In this document: positions 58,182 to 64,000 of the stretch, piece by piece
Layout: each line of letters starts with the position of its first letter
How positions within the stretch are numbered: position 1 is the stretch's first letter
Notes under the pieces: generated by a model
What the model was told of the DNA's origin: nothing
The model's input: only the letters and a program-made list of their open reading frames with translations
The model's database searches: none
DNA from: an uncultured Planctomycetota bacterium
Lineage (GTDB): Bacteria > Planctomycetota > PLA2 > JAEUHO01
Assembly: GCA_963752285.1 (NCBI GenBank)
Contig: CAVVXN010000001.1
Span: forward strand, 160,001-224,000
DNA: 64,000 nucleotides
Reading direction: 5' to 3'
Program-made: the position numbers and the translations under genes

Positions 58182-58184
58182 CGG

Positions 58185-58703
58185 TCAGGCACCGCCGAGG
58201 GACACGAGGATCTCGTCCCACGCGCCGAGCTGGCGGAGGAGGGTCTCGATCGCTTCGCGGACCGCGCCCCGGCCGCCGGCCGTGCGACACACGTACGTCG
58301 CGACCTTCCGGACCTCCGGGTCTGCGTCGGCCGGCGCGGCGCTGAAGCCCGCCCGCCGCATCGGCGGGAGGTCCGTCAGGTCGTCGCCCACGTACGCCAC
58401 GCCTTCCCACGCGAGGCCGGCGCGCTCCCGCAGCCGGTCCACGGCCGCGAGCTTGTCTCGCGCCCCCTGGACGACCTGTTCGATCCCGAGCTCGCGCGCC
58501 CGGCGGTCCACCGCCGGCGAGGAGCGCCCGGTCACGATCGCCGGCACGACGCCCGCCCGGGCGAGGAGCTGGATCCCCGCGCCGTCCCGGGCGTGGAACG
58601 ACTTGAGCTCCGACCCGTCCGCGCCGTACGTGATGGTCCCGTCCGTGAGCGTGCCGTCCACGTCCATGACGAACAGTCGGATCTTCAACGACGGGGCGGG
58701 CAC
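58185..58703 (-). CDS. kdsC: KDO 8-phosphate phosphatase
   Basis: DVDGTLTDG, K.F..RDG.GI, TGR.S, GDDLTD, GGRGAVRE. Confidence 0.92.
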   Translation of the reverse strand: MPAPSLKIRLFVMDVDGTLTDGTITYGADGSELKSFHARDGAGIQLLARAGVVPAIVTGRSSPAVDRRARELGIEQVVQGARDKLAAVDRLRERAGLAWEGVAYVGDDLTDLPPMRRAGFSAAPADADPEVRKVATYVCRTAGGRGAVREAIETLLRQLGAWDEILVSLGGA

Positions 58704-58970
58704 GGGCGAACGTCCTCGCGAGGGAGAGAACCGAGATACTAGATCGGCCGGTCGTGGTCCGGCCCCCGGGATCCGAAGCCCTGGGACCACGAGGGACCCT
58801 GCGGGCGGGCGGGGCCCCGGCCCGTAACTCCCGCGTGGGCCTTTGGTTGGGCCCGGATGGGGCCGCGCGCGGTCCCGGGGCGGCTCGTGCCCGCGCCCCG
58901 GACCGGGGCCGCGGACGATCACCGGGCCTCAACACGGGGCGCCAGGGCAAGGCGGATAGACTCCCGGCCG

Positions 58971-60728
58971 ATGGAGGAGCTCCGCGTCGATCTCGAGACG
59001 TTCCAGGGTCCCCTGGACCTCCTGCTCCACCTCGTGCAGCAGGAGGAGGTGGATGTCCAGGACGTTCCCCTGGCCCGGGTCGCGGACCGTTTCCTCGAGA
59101 TCTGCCGGAGCCAGGTCGAGAAGCTCGACGTGGACCAGGCGGGCGAGTACCTGGTCGTGGCGAGCCAGCTCCTCGTGCTCAAGAGCCGGGCACTCCTGCC
59201 GCGCGACACGCCGCTCGACCTCGAGGAGATCGACCCGCGGCTCGACCTCGTCCGCCAGCTCCTCGAGTACCGCGGCTTCAAGCAGGTGGCGGGCGAGCTG
59301 GGCCGGCGGGCGGGAGACGAGGAGCTCCGTGTGCCGGTCCAGGTCGCCACCGAGCGCGTCCAGGCGGGCGAGGAGGAGCCGGAGCTCGAGGTCGATCTCT
59401 ATGCGCTCGTCCGCTCGTTCCAGCGGCTCCTGCGCGAGACGGGGGAGGACGCGGTCGTGGCGGTGCCGCGCGAGCGGCTCCCGATCACGCACTACGTGGA
59501 GATCATGTTCGACCGGTTGAGCGCGGCCGGCGGGCGACTCACGTTCACGGAGCTCCTCGGTGGAGGTCGCGACCGCTCGTACGTGATCGGCGCGTTCCTC
59601 GCGCTGCTCGAGCTGATCAAGCTGAGGAAGATCCTCGTCCTCCAGGACGGCTTCGGCGAGATCCAGATCGAGGTCCGCGAGGACGCGCTCGAGAGCGAAG
59701 CGGGCGGGGAGGCCGGCGCCGCGACGCGGGCCATCGAGCAGCCGGAGCTCGGCGGAAGCGGGCGGCTTCGGCTCGTGTTCATGGGGAGCCCGCGGTTCGC
59801 GGTGCCCTCGCTCCAGAGTCTCGTGGGCGCCGGCCTCGCGCCGCAGCTCGTCGTGGTCCCACCGCCGCGACCGGCCGGGCGCGGGCAGCGGCGCCGCGAG
59901 GTGCCCCTCGCCGAGGAGGCCGAGCGGCTCCAGCTCCCGATCCACCGCACGAGCGACGTGAACGGCCGCACCTCGCGCGAGGCGATCGAGGAGACGACGC
60001 CGGACGTGATCGTGACGGCGGGCTTCGGCCAGAAGCTCGGGAGCGCGCTCCTGAGCCTCCCGCGCCGGAGGTGCGTGAACCTCCACGCGAGCCTCCTTCC
60101 GCGCTACCGCGGCGCGAGCCCGATCGTCGCGGCGCTGCGCGAGGGCGCGACGGAGACGGGCGTCACCATCTTCGTGATGGACGAGGAGCTCGACCGCGGC
60201 CCGATCGTCGCGCAGGCCGCCCTGCCGCTCAGAGGCGAGGAGACGTCGGACGAGGTGGCCGAGGCCCTCTCGAAGCTCGGCGCCGACCTCCTCGTCCGGA
60301 CGATTCCCGCCTACGTGGACGGCGAGATCGAGCCCCAGCCCCAGGACGCGTCCCTCGCCACGTACGCGCGGAAGCTCGCGAAGGAGGAAGGGCAGATCGA
60401 CTGGTCCCGCTCCGCGCGCGAGGTCAAGGACCACGTGCGCGCGATGACCAGCTGGCCCGGCGCGCAGACCGCGTGGCAGCCCAAGGTGAAGCACGAACCT
60501 CTCCCGCTCGTCGTCACGAAGGTCGAGATCGTGAGCGAGGCCGGCGAGGCGTCCGCGTCGGGGGCCGCGCCCGGCGCGGTGCTCTCGGCCGAGCCGGAGG
60601 GCCTGGTCGTGCAGTGCGGCCTCGGGAGGGTGCGCGTCACGCGACTCCGCCCGACCGGGGGTCGCGACATGGCGGTGAAGGAGTTCCTGAACGCGCGCCG
60701 GGTCGTCGCGGGCGACCGGCTGACGTAG
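58971..60728 (+). CDS. ScpA (SMC kleisin)-methionyl-tRNA formyltransferase fusion
   Basis: N-terminal FQGPLDLLLHL, A..L..KSR.LLP, FLALLEL (ScpA); C-terminal VFMGSP.FA, NLHASLLPRYRGASPI, ETGVT..M..LD.G, WPGA (Fmt); no intervening stop. Confidence 0.88.
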   Translation: MEELRVDLETFQGPLDLLLHLVQQEEVDVQDVPLARVADRFLEICRSQVEKLDVDQAGEYLVVASQLLVLKSRALLPRDTPLDLEEIDPRLDLVRQLLEYRGFKQVAGELGRRAGDEELRVPVQVATERVQAGEEEPELEVDLYALVRSFQRLLRETGEDAVVAVPRERLPITHYVEIMFDRLSAAGGRLTFTELLGGGRDRSYVIGAFLALLELIKLRKILVLQDGFGEIQIEVREDALESEAGGEAGAATRAIEQPELGGSGRLRLVFMGSPRFAVPSLQSLVGAGLAPQLVVVPPPRPAGRGQRRREVPLAEEAERLQLPIHRTSDVNGRTSREAIEETTPDVIVTAGFGQKLGSALLSLPRRRCVNLHASLLPRYRGASPIVAALREGATETGVTIFVMDEELDRGPIVAQAALPLRGEETSDEVAEALSKLGADLLVRTIPAYVDGEIEPQPQDASLATYARKLAKEEGQIDWSRSAREVKDHVRAMTSWPGAQTAWQPKVKHEPLPLVVTKVEIVSEAGEASASGAAPGAVLSAEPEGLVVQCGLGRVRVTRLRPTGGRDMAVKEFLNARRVVAGDRLT

Positions 60729-60741
60729 CGAGGAGGGCGCG

Positions 60742-61191
60742 GTGCAGGGCTTTCAGCGGCTGCTGGTCCCCATCGACTTCTCGGAGGTCTCCGAACCGAC
60801 GCTCGACATGGCCGTTCGTCTCCTCGCGCCCGACGGCGTCGCGACGCTGCTCCACGTGGTCGAGTGGCTGCCCGTGGTCACGGAGGGGGCGTTCGGCGTG
60901 TATCCCCACCGGCGCGACATCGAGCAGCTGAAGCGGCTCTCGCGCGAGAAACTCGAGGCGTACGCGAAGGCGCGTGAGGGGGTGGGCGTCCGTGTGAAGG
61001 TGGGCGAGGGGAAGCCCGCGACCGTGATCCTCGAGGAGGCCCTGGCCTTCGACCCCGAGCTGATCGTGATCGGCTCCCACGGGCGAAGCGGCCTCGACCA
61101 CCTCCTGATCGGATCGGTGACCGAACGCGTCCTGCGGAAGAGCGAGACCGCGGTGCTGGTGGTCCGCGCCCCGGGCACGCCCGCCGCGTAG
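60742..61191 (+). CDS. Universal stress protein
   Basis: LVPIDFS, LLHVV, IVIGSHGRSG...LIGSVTERVLR. Confidence 0.95.
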   Translation: MQGFQRLLVPIDFSEVSEPTLDMAVRLLAPDGVATLLHVVEWLPVVTEGAFGVYPHRRDIEQLKRLSREKLEAYAKAREGVGVRVKVGEGKPATVILEEALAFDPELIVIGSHGRSGLDHLLIGSVTERVLRKSETAVLVVRAPGTPAA

Positions 61192-61350
61192 CCCGCCCGC
61201 GACGCCGGTCGCACCCGTTCCGCGCCGGGAATCCGGGCTTCGCGAAGGAGGGTGTCGAAGGTCCGGGTCCCTGGTCGATAGGGAGGAGCCCCGGTCGATC
61301 CGTGCCCCGACCGGCCGCGGGCGCGGTCCACGGTGGGAGGGGGAGGCGCG

Positions 61351-62472
61351 ATGAACCTCGATCGGATGGCCCTGAACGCCCTCTCGCGCCTCGACGCCGC
61401 GAGCCGGGTCGGGCGGGACCGCCCCGCGGACACCCGGTCCCCCCAGGACCGGCTGCCCCCCGGGCGCCACCGGGTGCTCTTCCAGGCCGCGCCGGTGGCC
61501 ATCCTGCTCTGCGACCCCCGCGGGCGGATCCTCGACGCGAACGACGAGGCGGTCCGCCTCTCGGGCTGGCCGAAGGACGCGCTCCGGCGCACGACCGTCC
61601 ACGCGATCGTCGCGGCGCCGCCCCGCGCCGAGCGCACGGGGCCCTCGTGCGGCGGGTGCTGGGACGGCCGGTTGGAGCACGCCGAGGGGCCGCCGCGTCC
61701 CGTCCGCGTGCTCGAAGGCCGCCCGCTCGGCGGCGAGGACGGCCCGCGACCGATGTTCCTCCTCGACCTCGGCGACGAGCGAGTCGCCCAGGACGCGGCG
61801 AAGGAGGAGGCCGAGGTCGAGACGATCGCGACCATGGCCCGCGGCGTTTCGCACGAGCTGAGCGGTCTCCTGACCACCGTGCTCGGCTACGTGGACCTGC
61901 TCCGCCCGCACCTCGAGGCGGGCGGCTCGGGGCCGATGTTCCTCGACGACCTCTCCCACGCGCTCGACTCGGCGGTGGGGCTCGCGCAGAGCCTCGGCGC
62001 GCTCTCTGTGCGCGACCCGGTCACGCCCGCGCCGGTCGCGGTCGCCGACCTCTTCGCGCGCCTCGTAGAGCCCGTCACGCAGGCTCTCGGTTCGGCCGTG
62101 CGCCTCGCGCTCGACATCCCGTCCGACGTGCCCGACGTGTCGGTCGATCCCGACCTGGTCTCGGCGGCTTTCGTCGCGGTCGCGCGCGGGACCCGCGCGG
62201 CGCTCGTGCAGGGGGGCCGGTTCGAGGTCCGCGTCGCCGCCGTGGACGCGACGAGCGTGGAAGTGCTCCTGTCCGACACGGGAAGCGCGGTCGATCCGCG
62301 TCAGGCGCACGCGGTCTTCGTCCCGTACGCCCCCTACCGCGCGGACCAGCGCGGCGCGGGTCCCCACCTCGCCGAGGCGCGTGGAGCCCTCCGGAGGACC
62401 GGTGTCGGGATCGAGCTCGACGCGATCGGGGTCCGGGGTCTCTCGCTGCGGGTCCGGTTCCCCCGGAGCTGA
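61351..62472 (+). CDS. PAS + HisKA + degenerate HATPase protein
   Basis: LFQAAPVAI..D..GRI..AN PAS domain; GVSHEL H-box; DTG and F boxes present, N and G2 boxes degenerate. Confidence 0.75.
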   Translation: MNLDRMALNALSRLDAASRVGRDRPADTRSPQDRLPPGRHRVLFQAAPVAILLCDPRGRILDANDEAVRLSGWPKDALRRTTVHAIVAAPPRAERTGPSCGGCWDGRLEHAEGPPRPVRVLEGRPLGGEDGPRPMFLLDLGDERVAQDAAKEEAEVETIATMARGVSHELSGLLTTVLGYVDLLRPHLEAGGSGPMFLDDLSHALDSAVGLAQSLGALSVRDPVTPAPVAVADLFARLVEPVTQALGSAVRLALDIPSDVPDVSVDPDLVSAAFVAVARGTRAALVQGGRFEVRVAAVDATSVEVLLSDTGSAVDPRQAHAVFVPYAPYRADQRGAGPHLAEARGALRRTGVGIELDAIGVRGLSLRVRFPRS

Positions 62473-62789
62473 GACGCAGCGGGCACGGCGGCGGAGATGT
62501 CGGGGGGCCGGGATTCGCTCCCGACCCCCCGTCCCTGTATCGGTCCCCTCGGGGTCACCCGACCCCGCGGAATCCAGAGGCATCGCCGTTCGGTCTCACC
62601 CACCGAACGGTGGCGATTCTCACACGCGACGTACCGCATGGCGTGCCGCGGGGACCCGAGGAACGTAAGTCGGTTCCCCGCCACGTGTTGTGCCCCTGCG
62701 CGGCCGGCGCGGCCCGGGCACGCCCGTCGCGCCCGGAGGACACGCGTCCTCGGGCGCCGACGGCGCGCCCGGCGGCTACGATCCGCGAG

Positions 62790-63794
62790 GTGGACCTCCC
62801 CCCTCGCCCGGCGACCCGACTCCCGGGCCGCCTCGTCCCCTCCGTTGCCCTCCTCATGGTGCCGCTCGCGGTCCTGCTCGGGCCCGGGGCCCGGATCGGC
62901 CACGCCGAGGCGACACCCTCCGTGACCGTCCGCTGGGACGCGGGCCTCGAACGGCTCGGACGGGCGGCCGAGGAGGTCGTGCCGGGGATCGCGCGCGAGG
63001 TCGAGCGCCGGCTCGGATGGACCTACGAAGGGAAGCCGCCGGAGGTCTTCCTCGTTCGTGGCGCCGACCGGATGAGCGAGGTCGCGAGCGCGGCGGTTCC
63101 CTCGTGGGCGGTGGGGGCGACCGTGTCGGCCGACGCGCGGATCGTCGTGCGCGCCGACCTGCTGGCTCTGGGGTACGGGGGCGGGCTCGTGCCCGTGCTG
63201 CGCCACGAGTGGGTGCACCTGCTCTGGGGCGCCCACGCGGGCCCTCGGCGCCGGCTCCTACCGCTGTGGGCGGAGGAGGGGGTAGCCGAGGAGATCGGGG
63301 GCGGGGTGAGTGTGGACCAGGGCGCCGCACTCGACCTCGCGGTCACGTTCGGAAACCTGATCCCCTTCGACGAGCTCCAGACGTCGTTCCCCGCGGACGG
63401 CCACGACGCCGACCTGGCGTACAAGGAGAGTCGGAGCTGGGTCGCGCACCTCGCGTCGCGCTGCGGGTGGTCGGTGTGGCCCGAGATCCTGTCCGACCTC
63501 GTGTCCGGCCGGGCGGACGCCTGGGCGCGCGGCGGGAGCCCCTTCGCCGCGGCGGTCCGGCGGCGGAGCGGGCTCTCGCTCGGGGAGTGCGACTCGCTCT
63601 GGCGGCAGGCGATCGAGGCCGAGGCGCGGCCGTGGTTCCACATCTTCCTGCGCGACCTGCCGGGGCTCCTCTTCAGCCTGATCGGCGTGGCCGCGATCGT
63701 CGGATCGGTGGCGTTCTTCCGCCGTCGTCGCCGGGAGATCGAGCGTCTCCCCGACGACGCGGTCCCCCCGGTCGGTGGCTCCGGCCTCGGGTAG
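62790..63794 (+). CDS. Peptidase MA-like (gluzincin) membrane-anchored metalloprotease
   Basis: VLRHEWVH, PLW.EEGVAE, LAY.ES; C-terminal TM followed by RRRRR; start uncertain. Confidence 0.85.
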   Translation: MDLPPRPATRLPGRLVPSVALLMVPLAVLLGPGARIGHAEATPSVTVRWDAGLERLGRAAEEVVPGIAREVERRLGWTYEGKPPEVFLVRGADRMSEVASAAVPSWAVGATVSADARIVVRADLLALGYGGGLVPVLRHEWVHLLWGAHAGPRRRLLPLWAEEGVAEEIGGGVSVDQGAALDLAVTFGNLIPFDELQTSFPADGHDADLAYKESRSWVAHLASRCGWSVWPEILSDLVSGRADAWARGGSPFAAAVRRRSGLSLGECDSLWRQAIEAEARPWFHIFLRDLPGLLFSLIGVAAIVGSVAFFRRRRREIERLPDDAVPPVGGSGLG

Positions 63795-64000
63795 GTCGCC
63801 AGGGCGCGACGCGGGGGAGGTTGGGGCGGGCCTGCCGTCGGCGGCGAAGAAGGCGGGGACCCAGGGCACGCCGAGCGGACAGACCCGCCCCGTGATCGTG
63901 ACCACGAGGAGGGCGACAGCCTGGACCCCGATCTGCTGCAGGACGAGGTGCGAGGCTCTCATGCCCTGGGAATCGCACGACCCGTGCCGGAGGCCTCGCC

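Noticed and set aside
63258..63962. Minus-strand 234-aa ORF at the window end
   Set aside because: It overlaps the peptidase gene antisense by more than 500 nt and has no recognisable motif.

Overview
Very GC-rich bacterial chromosome segment spanning the replication-origin neighbourhood: parB with two parS-like palindromes, then dnaA-[oriC?]-dnaN-dciA-gyrB, and scpA. It is probably from a Planctomycetota/PVC-type organism; this is an inference from the MH..RR-type L34 N-terminus, dnaN-dciA-gyrB without recF, and the HEAT/TPR secreted proteins. Other recognisable content includes a patatin, an archaeal-type AspRS, tRNA-Ser(TGA), rpmH (absent from the ORF track), a class-3 asparaginase, nnrD, an acyl-CoA dehydrogenase, hemW, a sigma-70 factor, a methyltransferase-bshC-bshB1-bshA operon, pyrF, a TrpG/PabA subunit, a cysteine desulfurase and kdsC-Lpt-like-tatA. 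The most notable observations are: (1) a ParB whose specificity Gly is replaced by Ala, next to two perfect TGTTCCCCGGGGAACA palindromes that are hybrids of parS and the Noc site; (2) an in-frame ScpA (kleisin)-Fmt fusion; (3) a complete, probably N-methyl-bacillithiol operon; (4) a 1064-aa LptC/LptA-like protein; (5) an uncharacterised Zn-ribbon/J-domain/paralogous-membrane/FHA cluster. No CRISPR array, rRNA, integrase or transposase was seen. Start codons were re-picked by eye, and all family calls come from motif recognition, not database searches.
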